Assembly: GCA_050010555.1 (NCBI GenBank)
Contig: JBEKKV010000001.1
Coordinates: forward strand, 36,525 to 100,524
Source: Dehalococcoidia bacterium
GTDB taxonomy: Bacteria > Chloroflexota > Dehalococcoidia > DSTF01 > JALHUB01
DNA: 64,000 nt
Reading direction: 5' to 3'
Positions 30,417 to 39,760 of this stretch are shown here, piece after piece (within the stretch, counting starts at the first letter, position 1; the number at the start of each line of letters is the position of its first letter). The notes beneath the pieces were generated by a model, which was not told the DNA's origin, ran no database searches, and saw only the letters and a program-made list of their open reading frames with translations. Position numbers and translations under genes: made by a program.

Positions 30417-31793
30417 TTGCCGGAACGCTACCACGTCCCGGTAGCGCCAATCGCGGCGCGTTTCCCCCGGATCGGCAAGTACAGCATTGTCGACTGGCGA
30501 GAAGACTGCGCCCGCTGCCGTAACTGCGTTAAGAACGCCTGCGTCAGCGGCATCTGGCCCCTGGAGCGCGCCCACGACCTCGACCCGCTGGCGTCCCTGG
30601 AGCCGGCCTTCGACTGCCGTGCCTGCCTGTCCTGCGTCCAGAACTGCACCAAGGGTATTCTTGCCCTGTCCGTCAATCCCTATTACCTGACGCTCGGCGG
30701 CCGCTACTGGAGCCGCAAGATGATCCTGACCACCTGGGACCAGGCCGACACGGGCCGCATCCCTGTTTCCGGCGCGGGCTATCGTGGCGCCTTCTGCGGT
30801 CCCGGCTTCGACTCTATGTGGACTGACATGTCGGAGATCGTCCGCCCAACACGCGACGGCATTCACGGCCGCGAGTACATCAGCACGTCCGTCGACATCG
30901 GCCCGAAGCCGCTGCGGGTGCGCTTCGAAGCGAACGGCGGCTCCGAGAGCGAAGAGCAAATCATCGAGCTGCCGCTGCCGCTCATCCTCGACGTCCCGCC
31001 CTGGGGACGCGACGGCGAGAACCTTCTGGCCGCCAGGACGAGCGCCGCCGGAACGCTGGGAACGCTCAACGTTGCCCGCGCCTCGCAGATCGACGACGCC
31101 GACGATCTCGATCACCTGGCACCGCTCCTGGAAGGCGAAGAGGTGCGCTCTCGAGGCGAGCTGCTGCGTCGCGCCCGCTTCGTCGAGATCAGCGATTGCG
31201 ATGGCGTCGGCGAGCTCGTCGGGCAGGCGCGTGAGGCGAATTCGCGTCTCGTTGTCGCCGTCCGAGCGCCTTTCAGCCGCGACGCCGGGGAACGGCTGCT
31301 GCAACTGCACCAGGCCGGCGTCCGCGTTGTCCACCTCTGCGCCGACGAGCTCAGTCGTGAGGTCGAGACCGAGGAGCCGCGCTATATGCGCGACGCCCTC
31401 CGCGAGGCGCACGGCCGTTTGGTGCAGGAGGGCATTCGCGACGAGATGACAATCATCGTCAGCGGCGGCATCGCGCTGCCGGAGCACATGGCAAAGGCGA
31501 TAATCTGCGGCGCCGACCTGGTGGCCGTGGGGGCGCCCCTGCTCGTGGCCCTGGGTTGCCAGGTCTGCGACGAGGGCGACCACGACGCGAACTGCCCGGT
31601 GAAGATCCAGCAGGTCGAAGCCGACTACGCCGCTCAGCGCATGGTGAACCTTATGGGCGCCTGGCACTCGCAGCTAATCGAGGTGCTCGGCGCGATGGGC
31701 ATCCGCGAAGTCCGCCGTCTGCGCGGCGAGACCGGCCGGGCGATGTTCCTGGAAGACCTGGATAGGGAGGCTTTCGGTGACATCGGTTATTGA
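30417..31793 (+). CDS. Glutamate synthase-related FMN-domain protein with N-terminal Fe-S motifs; degenerate active site
   Basis: CARCRNCVKNAC, CRACLSCVQNC, IIVSGGIALPEHMAKAIICGADLV, EVLGAMGIREVRRLRG; lacks the KxxQGAKPGxGG loop. Confidence 0.75.
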   Translation: MPERYHVPVAPIAARFPRIGKYSIVDWREDCARCRNCVKNACVSGIWPLERAHDLDPLASLEPAFDCRACLSCVQNCTKGILALSVNPYYLTLGGRYWSRKMILTTWDQADTGRIPVSGAGYRGAFCGPGFDSMWTDMSEIVRPTRDGIHGREYISTSVDIGPKPLRVRFEANGGSESEEQIIELPLPLILDVPPWGRDGENLLAARTSAAGTLGTLNVARASQIDDADDLDHLAPLLEGEEVRSRGELLRRARFVEISDCDGVGELVGQAREANSRLVVAVRAPFSRDAGERLLQLHQAGVRVVHLCADELSREVETEEPRYMRDALREAHGRLVQEGIRDEMTIIVSGGIALPEHMAKAIICGADLVAVGAPLLVALGCQVCDEGDHDANCPVKIQQVEADYAAQRMVNLMGAWHSQLIEVLGAMGIREVRRLRGETGRAMFLEDLDREAFGDIGY

Positions 31794-33333
31794 CCCTGTC
31801 CTGGCGCCCGGCGTCGACCGCCCCAACGGCCCCGCGCTAATCGACGTTGAACGCGTCGTTCAGCCGGCGCCCGACCGCTATCGGAATCCGATAGGTCGCT
31901 TCAAGGTGCGACGCAGCGCCGATTGCAAGGGCTGCGCCGTCTGCGTCGAGATATGCCCTTACGGCGTCCACGTCAAACCCGACGGCTATAATCGGCCGCT
32001 GCGTCCGCGCGATTTCCTCTGCATCGGCCCGAAGTGCGCCGAGACGGACCACTATTGCGTTGAGCATTGCCCCAACAAGGCGCTCTCCGTTGGTCCGAAC
32101 CCGACCGCCGACGCCATCGGCGATCCGCGCTGGACGTCGGACCTCCTCCTCGCGACCTGGCGGCAGGCGGAGACCGGCCACGTGGCCGACGTTGGCGACC
32201 TGGAGTTCCGGCACGGCGCTTCAGGCGGCGGCTTCGATGCCCTCCGCTTCCGCTTCCCGCAAGTGACGGCTCTGGTCTCGCCCGACGAGGTCGACACGAG
32301 CCTGGAGCTGAACCATCGCAACGACGGCCGCCCAAAGATCAGCATCGATCTGCCGTTCTACGGCGGCGGCATGTCTTTCGGCGCCGTAAGCATTCACGTC
32401 ATGGTTGCGCGGGCCCGCGCCGCCGTGGCCTGGAACACGTTCACCTGCACCGGCGAGGGTGGCTACCCGGAACGCCTGCAGCCTTACGATCACCACGTCA
32501 TCACGCAGGTGGCGACGGGGCTCTTCGGCGTGCGCGAAGAGACGATCCAGCGAGTCCGCATCGTCGAGTTCAAGTACGCGCAGGGCGCCAAGCCCGGCCT
32601 GGGCGGCCACCTTCTTGGCGACAAGAACACGGCGGACGTGGCCCGGATGCGGCAGGCCGTCGCCGGCAACGCGCTGTTCTCGCCGTTCCCGTTCCACAGC
32701 GTCTATTCGGTCGAGGACCACAAGAAGCACCTCGACTGGATCAAGGAGATCAACGCGCGTGCTCTGATGGCCGTGAAGGTCTCGACGCCAACCGACGTCG
32801 ACATGGTCGCGGTCGGCAGCTATCACGCCGGCGCTCACATCATCCACATCGATGGCAGCTACGGCGGGACCGGCGCAGCACCCGACATCGCCAAGAAGAA
32901 CATCGCCATGCCGGTCGAGTACGCCATCCCGAAGGTTCACCGCTTCCTCGTCGAGGAGGGCGTGCGGGACGAGGTCGTCCTCATCGCCAGCGGCGGCATT
33001 CGGACGGCGGACGACGTGCTGAAGGCGATCGCGCTCGGAGCGGACGGCGCGGTCATCGCTACATCGGAACTCGTCGCGCTTGGCTGCATCCGCTGCGGCA
33101 ACTGCGAGAGCGGTCGCGGCTGCGCCCGCGGCATCGCCACAACCGACCGAGAGCTGATGCAGCAAGTGCAGATAGACTGGGCGACCCAGCGCCTCATTAA
33201 CCTCTATTCGGCCTGGCGTGAGCGGATGGTCGACGTGGTGGCCCGCCTCGGCATGAGAAGCGTCTCCGAACTGCGCGGTCGCCACGACTGCCTGCGTCGC
33301 GTCCGCTGGGGAGAGGACGACCGCGATGACTGA
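31777..33333 (+). CDS. Archaeal-type glutamate synthase FMN-binding subunit (GltB2-like) with a 4Fe-4S domain
   Basis: CKGCAVCVEICP, GMSFGAVS, TGEGG, QVATGLFG, KYAQGAKPGLGGHL, SGGIRTADD, CIRCGNCESGRGC. Confidence 0.9.
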   Translation: MTSVIDPVLAPGVDRPNGPALIDVERVVQPAPDRYRNPIGRFKVRRSADCKGCAVCVEICPYGVHVKPDGYNRPLRPRDFLCIGPKCAETDHYCVEHCPNKALSVGPNPTADAIGDPRWTSDLLLATWRQAETGHVADVGDLEFRHGASGGGFDALRFRFPQVTALVSPDEVDTSLELNHRNDGRPKISIDLPFYGGGMSFGAVSIHVMVARARAAVAWNTFTCTGEGGYPERLQPYDHHVITQVATGLFGVREETIQRVRIVEFKYAQGAKPGLGGHLLGDKNTADVARMRQAVAGNALFSPFPFHSVYSVEDHKKHLDWIKEINARALMAVKVSTPTDVDMVAVGSYHAGAHIIHIDGSYGGTGAAPDIAKKNIAMPVEYAIPKVHRFLVEEGVRDEVVLIASGGIRTADDVLKAIALGADGAVIATSELVALGCIRCGNCESGRGCARGIATTDRELMQQVQIDWATQRLINLYSAWRERMVDVVARLGMRSVSELRGRHDCLRRVRWGEDDRDD

Positions 33334-35947
33334 CGCCGCCGACAGGATCATCGAGTCGCGGGCGGAGCTTCTGGAAGGGAAGCCCCGCACGGTGGAGCGT
33401 CGCGCCGCCGACGAGGGCGGCTGCGGCGTAACGGGCTTCGCCTGCTCGATCCCGATCCGCGGGCAGCACATCTACGAGCCGTCTGTCCAGATGCACAACC
33501 GCGGCAACGGCAAGGGCGGCGGCATCGCGGCGGCGGGGCTGGTGGCGGAGGACGTGGGCGTTACGCAGGACGTGCTCAACTCGCATTACCTGCTCCAGGT
33601 CGCCCTTCTCGATCCCAAGGCGCGCGGTGAGGTCGAAGAGGCTTGCATCGCGCCCTATTTCGACGTCGCCCTCTCGTCGCATATGCAGACGGTCGACGAC
33701 TACCGCGACGTGCCGGGGATGGAGATAAAGCCGCCGGACGTCCAGCGCTACCTGGCCCGCGTCAAGCCGGGCGTCCTGACCGAGTTTGCCGAGCGCCAGG
33801 GCCTGGCCGACCTGCCCTCGCGCGACGTGGAGGACGAGTTCGTCTATCGCAACTCCGTCCGCCTGAACGAGAAGTTCTACGCCTCGCTCGGAGAGCAGCG
33901 GGCGTTCGTCCTCTCGCACGGGCGGAACCTGGTCGTGTTCAAGATTGTCGGCTACGCCGAGCAGATCGTCCAGTACTATCGCCTGGAGGACTTTCGGGCG
34001 CACGTGTGGATCGCCCACCAGCGCTACCCGACTAAGGGGCGCGTGTGGCATCCGGGCGGCGCGCACCCGTTCGTCGGCCTGAACGAGGCGCTGGTACATA
34101 ACGGCGACTTCGCCAACTATCACTCGGTCGCCGAGTATTTGCTGCAGCGCAACATTCGGCCGCAGTTCCTTACGGACACCGAAGTCTCGGCGCTGCTGTT
34201 TGACCTGTGGTCGCGCGTCTATAAGTACCCGCTGGAGTACGTCATCGAGGCGCTGGCCCCGACGACGGAGCGCGACTTCGACCAGCTTCCGGAGGAGAAG
34301 CAGCTTCTATATCGCCGCCTGCAGGCCGCCCACATCCACGGCTCGCCCGACGGTCCCTGGTTCTTTATCATCGCCCGCAGCCTGCCGGACGAAGGGCGCT
34401 ATCAGCTCCTGGGCATCACCGACACGGCGATGCTGCGGCCCCAGGTCTTCGCCCTCGGCGACGGCGACGTCCAGATCGGGCTCATTTGCTCGGAGAAGCA
34501 GGCCATCGACGCCACGCTGCACAGCCTGGCCGCCGAAGACGCCCGCTTCTGCCCCGTCGCTGACAAGTATTGGAACGCACGCGGCGGCAGTCACACCGAC
34601 GGCGGCGCTTTTCTCTTCAACGTCGAGGGGAACGGCCACAAGACGCTCACCTGCACCGACAAGTTCGGCCGGCCGGTGACCGCTGGCAGCGCTTCCGTCC
34701 GCTGCGACGTCCCGGCGCCGGAAAAGGCCGCACCGTCGGTCCGCGAAGCCATCAGGGACTACCTTGCCCGCGACGACGCGGCCGCGCTCTACGAGTATGC
34801 CTCGGAAGCGCTTCCCACCTGGCAACCGGACGGCCTGCGCTCCTTCTGCGACGCCCTCATCGAAGAGGCGGCGGAAGGCGAAGGCGCCGCCGCAACAGCC
34901 ATCGAGGCGCTCACGCTGCTGCGCGACCGCCGCTACGACACGGGAGACAAGCGCCGAAGCTCGGTGCTACGCGTCGTCGAAGAGGCGCTCACGGCGCTGT
35001 TCGAGGCCGCGCAGCCGTTCGGAGCCGCCAACAAGACTGCCTATCGCAAGATCGGCTGGCTGACGCGCGAGCTGCTGGCGCCGCCGCAGCCGGGGGAGGA
35101 AACGCTTATCGTCAACGCCGAAGGCTTCCCGCCGGAGGGCGACGACTGCGACGCTGTACTGGTGCGGCGTGCCTATGAAATGGGATGGCGCCGCTTCATC
35201 TGCCACGGCTACCGAGGACAACGCTTCGCCGGCTGCGGCCTGGGAGCCGAAACGCAGGACGTCCGCATCGACGTGTACGGCAGCTCCGGCGACTACCTGG
35301 CCTCCGGCGTCGACGGCCTCTCGATCTTCGTGCACGGCAACGGGCAGGACCAACTCGGGCAGATCATGAACCGCGGCAAGCTCGTCGTTCACGGCGACGT
35401 CGGCCAGACGTTCCTCTACGGTGCCAAGGGGGGCGAGGTGTACGTGCTTGGCAACGCGGCAGGACGGCCGCTGATCAACGCTGTCGGGAGGCCGCGCGTC
35501 GTCATCAACGGCACCTGCCTCGATTTCCTCGCGGAGTCGTTCATGGCCGGCGACCCGCTAAACGGCGGCGGCTTCGCCATCATCAACGGCATGGAGTTCG
35601 ACGAGCGTCAGAACCTGGTGCCGCAGCCCGCGCCGTATCCCGGCGGCAACCTCTTCTCTCTCGCTTCAGGCGGCGCCATTTACGTGCGTGACCCGAAGGG
35701 GCAGGTCGACGAGTCGCAGCTAAACGGCGGCGAGCTCGGTCCGCTGTCGGACGACGATTGGCTGCTGATCCGTCCCTACCTGGAGGAGAACGAGCGTCTC
35801 TTCGGCATCGGCGTCGACGCGCTGCTGACCGTCGACGGCGTCCCGCGGGAGCCGAAGGACGTCTACCGAAAGGTGGGCGCTGTCCGGCTCGGCGTGCTGA
35901 CGGGCAAAGCGGCTGAAGTGGAAGACGACGACGTCGGCGGCGAATAG
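33326..35947 (+). CDS. Glutamate synthase glutamine amidotransferase (GltB1-like) plus GXGXG (GltB3-like) fusion
   Basis: EGGCGVTG (Ntn Cys), HNRGNGKGGG, AHQRYPT, GGAHPF, HNGDFAN; C-terminal GSSGDYLASG, GDVGQTFLYGAKGG repeats. Confidence 0.88.
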   Translation: MTDAADRIIESRAELLEGKPRTVERRAADEGGCGVTGFACSIPIRGQHIYEPSVQMHNRGNGKGGGIAAAGLVAEDVGVTQDVLNSHYLLQVALLDPKARGEVEEACIAPYFDVALSSHMQTVDDYRDVPGMEIKPPDVQRYLARVKPGVLTEFAERQGLADLPSRDVEDEFVYRNSVRLNEKFYASLGEQRAFVLSHGRNLVVFKIVGYAEQIVQYYRLEDFRAHVWIAHQRYPTKGRVWHPGGAHPFVGLNEALVHNGDFANYHSVAEYLLQRNIRPQFLTDTEVSALLFDLWSRVYKYPLEYVIEALAPTTERDFDQLPEEKQLLYRRLQAAHIHGSPDGPWFFIIARSLPDEGRYQLLGITDTAMLRPQVFALGDGDVQIGLICSEKQAIDATLHSLAAEDARFCPVADKYWNARGGSHTDGGAFLFNVEGNGHKTLTCTDKFGRPVTAGSASVRCDVPAPEKAAPSVREAIRDYLARDDAAALYEYASEALPTWQPDGLRSFCDALIEEAAEGEGAAATAIEALTLLRDRRYDTGDKRRSSVLRVVEEALTALFEAAQPFGAANKTAYRKIGWLTRELLAPPQPGEETLIVNAEGFPPEGDDCDAVLVRRAYEMGWRRFICHGYRGQRFAGCGLGAETQDVRIDVYGSSGDYLASGVDGLSIFVHGNGQDQLGQIMNRGKLVVHGDVGQTFLYGAKGGEVYVLGNAAGRPLINAVGRPRVVINGTCLDFLAESFMAGDPLNGGGFAIINGMEFDERQNLVPQPAPYPGGNLFSLASGGAIYVRDPKGQVDESQLNGGELGPLSDDDWLLIRPYLEENERLFGIGVDALLTVDGVPREPKDVYRKVGAVRLGVLTGKAAEVEDDDVGGE

Positions 35948-35992
35948 CGTCGCGCTCTGCCATCATCCCATCGCCCACACCCTACGTTGTTC

Positions 35993-36001
35993 TGATAGAA
36001 T
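35993..36001 (+). promoter_or_regulatory. Extended -10 of a probable leaderless aldo/keto reductase transcript
   Basis: TGA-TAGAAT, then 6 nt, then ATG 36008; no SD. Confidence 0.6.
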
Positions 36002-36007
36002 GAGCCT

Positions 36008-36967
36008 ATGGAGCGACGAAAGTTCGGCGTCACCGACCTTGAGGTCTCGGCCCTCTGCCTGGGGACGATGCAGTTCGGCTGGACCGCCGACGAAGCCGCG
36101 GCGATCGAGGTCATGGACGCGTTCGTCGCTGCCGGCGGCAACTTCATCGACACCGCGGACGTCTACAGCCGCTGGGCTCAGGGCAACCCGGGCGGCGTCG
36201 CGGAAAGCATCATCGGCCGCTGGCTGAAGAAGCGCGGCAACCGCGACAAGCTGGTCATCGCGACGAAGGTCGCCATGCCGGTTTGGGACGGGCCCGACGG
36301 CAAGGGCCTTGGTCGCAACCACATCGTACAGGCCGTCGAGAAGAGCTTGAGCCGCCTGCAAATCGAGACGATTGACCTCTACCAGTCGCACGCACCCGAC
36401 CTGGAGACGCCCATCGAGGAGACGCTGCGCGCCTTCGACGACCTCATTCAGTCGGGGAAGGTGCGCTACATCGGCGCTTCGAACTACACGGCGCCGCAGT
36501 TAGAGGAGGCGCTGGCCGTTGCGGGTGAGAGATCGCTGGCCCGCTACATCTCTCTGCAGCCGAACTACAGCCTCGTGAACCGGCATGAGTTCGAGGACGC
36601 CCTCGCCGCCCTCTGCCTGCGCGAGAGAATCGCCGTCATCCCTTATAGTCCGTTGGCCGGCGGCTTCCTTACCGGCAAGTACCGCCCAGACCGCCCGCAG
36701 CCGAAAAGCGCTCGGACCTATCAGACGCGGCGCTACGAGAACGAGGCCGGCTGGCGGGTCATCGAGGCGTTGGAAGTGATCGCGCGGGCGCGTGAGACGA
36801 CGCTGGCGGCGGTGGCCGTGGCGTGGCTGCTTGCCAAGCCCGTGATAACGTCGCCTATCTTAGGCGCCAACAGCGAGGAGCAACTCGCGGCGATCCTGCC
36901 GGCGGTCGACCTGCACCTCTCGCCCGAGGGGGTCGCGGCGCTCGACGAGATAAGCGCCGGCGTCTAG
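36008..36967 (+). CDS. Aldo/keto reductase
   Basis: LCLGTMQFG, FIDTADVY, IATKV, IDLYQSH, GKVRYIGASN, PYSPLAGGFLTGKY. Confidence 0.93.
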   Translation: MERRKFGVTDLEVSALCLGTMQFGWTADEAAAIEVMDAFVAAGGNFIDTADVYSRWAQGNPGGVAESIIGRWLKKRGNRDKLVIATKVAMPVWDGPDGKGLGRNHIVQAVEKSLSRLQIETIDLYQSHAPDLETPIEETLRAFDDLIQSGKVRYIGASNYTAPQLEEALAVAGERSLARYISLQPNYSLVNRHEFEDALAALCLRERIAVIPYSPLAGGFLTGKYRPDRPQPKSARTYQTRRYENEAGWRVIEALEVIARARETTLAAVAVAWLLAKPVITSPILGANSEEQLAAILPAVDLHLSPEGVAALDEISAGV

Positions 36968-37053
36968 AACGTCCTGGTCTCGACGGGCGGCTTGATTCAA
37001 GGAAGAGCGGTTGGCCCCCGAAGACACGACGGTCCTGCGCACCGGATGTTCGT

Positions 37054-37083
37054 TTGCCCTGTATAGTAGGTTAGCGCTATAAT
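37054..37083 (+). promoter_or_regulatory. Promoter of a probable leaderless tetR transcript
   Basis: TTGCCC-N18-TATAAT, then 6 nt, then ATG 37090. Confidence 0.65.
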
Positions 37084-37089
37084 TGGAAC

Positions 37090-37680
37090 ATGACTGACCA
37101 GTCACCCACCCGCGTCACCGGCACCGACCCAACCAAGCACCAGCGCCTCCTGGAGACGGCAGCCGAGGAGTTTGCTCGCGTTGGCTTTGAGCGGGCCGCC
37201 GTAGATACGATTGCCGAGCGGGCGGGGGTTGCCAAAGGGACGGTTTACCTCTATTTCGAGAGCAAGGCGGCGCTGTTCCGCGCGGTCCTGGGGGAGTTGC
37301 ATAGACGTTTGGCGGAGATTTGGCTTGGAGGAGCTGCGGCTTCGGACCCGGTCGAGGGTCTCCAGCGCTTGATCCGGAGCCAGCTAGCGCTGGCCGACGA
37401 GGCGCCAGAACTGTTTCGCTGCTATACAAGCGCTCTGTTCGGGGTGAACCGCGACTTCCAGCAGGACGCGTCGGCGATTCTCGCCTGGCAGCAGTCGCTT
37501 TTGCGGCCGTTGCTGGCCGAGGCAGGAGCCAACCACGACCTCGACGTGAAGGCGGCTCTGCTGGGAGCGGCGGTGCTGTCCGCAGGCCTCGTGCGCGGTC
37601 TGGACAGTTCCCGCGAAGAGCGCAGGACGGCGCTCGAAGAGAGCGTCCTCCTTAAAGGATTCCTGGAACCAACGCCATGA
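37090..37680 (+). CDS. TetR/AcrR-family transcriptional regulator
   Basis: LLETAAEEFARVGFERAAVDTIAERAGVAKGTVYLYFESK helix-turn-helix. Confidence 0.92.
   Translation: MTDQSPTRVTGTDPTKHQRLLETAAEEFARVGFERAAVDTIAERAGVAKGTVYLYFESKAALFRAVLGELHRRLAEIWLGGAAASDPVEGLQRLIRSQLALADEAPELFRCYTSALFGVNRDFQQDASAILAWQQSLLRPLLAEAGANHDLDVKAALLGAAVLSAGLVRGLDSSREERRTALEESVLLKGFLEPTP
37091..37104. promoter_or_regulatory. Candidate TetR-family operator
   Basis: Palindrome TGACTG-AC-CAGTCA overlapping the start codon and first codons of tetR. Confidence 0.55.
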
Positions 37681-39509
37681 CAGCAAGGATGAATCTTCTA
37701 CGATCACGGCTTCTCGGCGGCCAACGAGATTGGCGGGCCTGGGTGCTCGCGGGCTACCTGCGTAAATGGGTGATCCTCGGGGTCCTTATCGGCGTTGTCG
37801 CCGGCCTTGGAGCTATCGCATTCTTCTCGGCCATCCAGTGGTCGACAAAGCTGTTCCTGGGCGGGATCGTCGGCCTGACACCGCCGCTGCCATTGGGAGA
37901 GGGAAATCCGATCGTCACCGCGGCGAGTCGCCGCTGGCTGATCCCGGTCGTGACAACGTTGGGCGGGCTGTTGGCCGGCATCATCGTGTTTTCGCTGGCG
38001 CCGGAAGCCGAAGGCCACGGCACTGATGCCGCCATCGAAGCCTTCCACGAGCGGGGCGGCAGGATCCGCGCCCGCATCCCGCCGATCAAACTCGTCGCCT
38101 CCGCGATCACTATCGGCTCCGGTGGCAGCGCTGGACGAGAGGGGCCCACCGCCCAGATAGCCGCCGGTTTCGGCTCCTGGCTGGGAGACGTCTTCCGCTT
38201 ATCTCCGCAGGACCGACGCATCGCCGTCGCAGCCGGCGTCGGGGCCGGCATTGGCGCCATCTTCAAGGCGCCCCTCGGCGGCGCAGTCCTGAGCGCGGAG
38301 ATCCTGTATATCCGCGACTTCGAGGTGGAGGCGCTTGTCCCCGGATTCATCGCGTCGGTCATCGGCTATAGCATCTTCGGCGCGTGGTCGGGGTGGACGC
38401 CGGTCTTCGGCAACGGGATCGCCTTCCAGTTCGACCAGCCGTCGTCGCTGGTCTGGTATGCGGTGCTGGGAATCCTTGCCGGTCTCGGCGGGATTGCCTA
38501 CGCGAAGGTGTTCTATGGCACTCGCGACGCGTTTCGCCGAATTCGCATTCCGCCACATTTCAAGCCGGCCATCGGCGGTCTCGGCGTAGGGCTGATCGCG
38601 CTGGCGTTTCCGCAGGTGCTCTCCATGGGATACGGCTGGATACAGCTTGCAATTGACGGAAACACCGCCCAACTGGCGGTTGGAACCATGCTCGCGCTGG
38701 TAGTGCTCAAGATTCTGGCCACCTCGCTAAGTGTCGGCTCGGGCGGCAGCGGCGGCGTTTTCGCACCGGGACTGGTAATTGGCGCCATGTTGGGCGGCGG
38801 TATGTGGGGACTGCTGCACGGTCACGTGGCCTGGATGCCGCCCGAATCGGGGCCGTTCGTCATCGTCGGCATGATGGCGCTCTTTGGCGGCGTTGCCAAG
38901 GCGCCCATCGCGGTGATCCTGATGGTGGCCGAGATGACGAACGAATTCTCGATGATCGTGCCGGCGATGCTGGCCGTGACCATCGCTTATCTCGTGTCGG
39001 GCAACATCAGAATCTATGAGAATCAGGTGAGGACGCGCGCCGATTCGCCCGCGCACAAAGGTGAATATGGGATCCCGCTCGTTCAAACGATTACCGTAGC
39101 CGAAGCGATGCGGACAGACGTCATCACGGCGTCACCGGAGGAATCGATCATCGAAGCGGAGGAGCGCATCTACCATAACGACAGGCGGGGCCTTCCGGTA
39201 GTTGAGGACGGGCGGTTAGTGGGCATGTTCACGTCCAGCGACGCTTTGCGCGCCCGCCATCAGGGATTCCTGAGGGTGAGAGAGGCAATGAGCCACGACC
39301 CTATCATCGCCTATCCCTCCGACAGCCTGTACACGGCGCTTCTGCGGATGACCAAGTCGGGAATCTCGCGGCTTCCGGTCGTGGAACGCGAGGCGCCGGA
39401 CCGAATCGTCGGCATCATTAGCACTCGCGACCTGGCAGCGGGGCTCGAAGTTCGGGTGGGCGCCGTCGCCGCCGAAATCGACCGCGGGACGGCCGAAGAG
39501 AAGTCCTGA
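37677..39509 (+). CDS. ClC-family chloride channel/antiporter with a CBS pair
   Basis: GHGTD, GGSAGREGP, FKAPLGG, GGSGGVFAPG, MVAEMT; two C-terminal CBS domains; ATGA overlap with tetR. Confidence 0.92.
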   Translation: MTARMNLLRSRLLGGQRDWRAWVLAGYLRKWVILGVLIGVVAGLGAIAFFSAIQWSTKLFLGGIVGLTPPLPLGEGNPIVTAASRRWLIPVVTTLGGLLAGIIVFSLAPEAEGHGTDAAIEAFHERGGRIRARIPPIKLVASAITIGSGGSAGREGPTAQIAAGFGSWLGDVFRLSPQDRRIAVAAGVGAGIGAIFKAPLGGAVLSAEILYIRDFEVEALVPGFIASVIGYSIFGAWSGWTPVFGNGIAFQFDQPSSLVWYAVLGILAGLGGIAYAKVFYGTRDAFRRIRIPPHFKPAIGGLGVGLIALAFPQVLSMGYGWIQLAIDGNTAQLAVGTMLALVVLKILATSLSVGSGGSGGVFAPGLVIGAMLGGGMWGLLHGHVAWMPPESGPFVIVGMMALFGGVAKAPIAVILMVAEMTNEFSMIVPAMLAVTIAYLVSGNIRIYENQVRTRADSPAHKGEYGIPLVQTITVAEAMRTDVITASPEESIIEAEERIYHNDRRGLPVVEDGRLVGMFTSSDALRARHQGFLRVREAMSHDPIIAYPSDSLYTALLRMTKSGISRLPVVEREAPDRIVGIISTRDLAAGLEVRVGAVAAEIDRGTAEEKS

Positions 39510-39523
39510 AAGGTGGAGTTACT

Positions 39524-39706
39524 ATGCCCGTTGTGCCACGGTTCCATTCGGTCAAAGAGATCAATAAGCCGCCAGCGGATCGAGTTCACCACAACAACAC
39601 CGCTTGCCCTTCGGGGCGGGATATCCCGCCGGACGAGCGGCTTGCTGGCAACGGAGGGTATCGGCTTTGCGATGACTGCATCAAGCTGAAGAAGCAGGGC
39701 CGATAA
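39524..39706 (+). CDS. Small His/Cys protein, putative metal-binding (60 aa)
   Basis: SD GGTGGAG; FHS...VHHNNTACPSG...LCDDC. Confidence 0.65.
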   Translation: MPVVPRFHSVKEINKPPADRVHHNNTACPSGRDIPPDERLAGNGGYRLCDDCIKLKKQGR

Positions 39707-39760
39707 GGCTTCGACTTTGGCGGGTCTTGGTGGACGCTAGGCCGCTCGCGGAACGCCTGA

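Noticed and set aside
36960-39760. Mobile element boundaries around the TetR-ClC unit
   Set aside because: Only a weak GAACG(T)CCTG similarity at the two ends; no transposase, integrase, terminal inverted repeats or tRNA target
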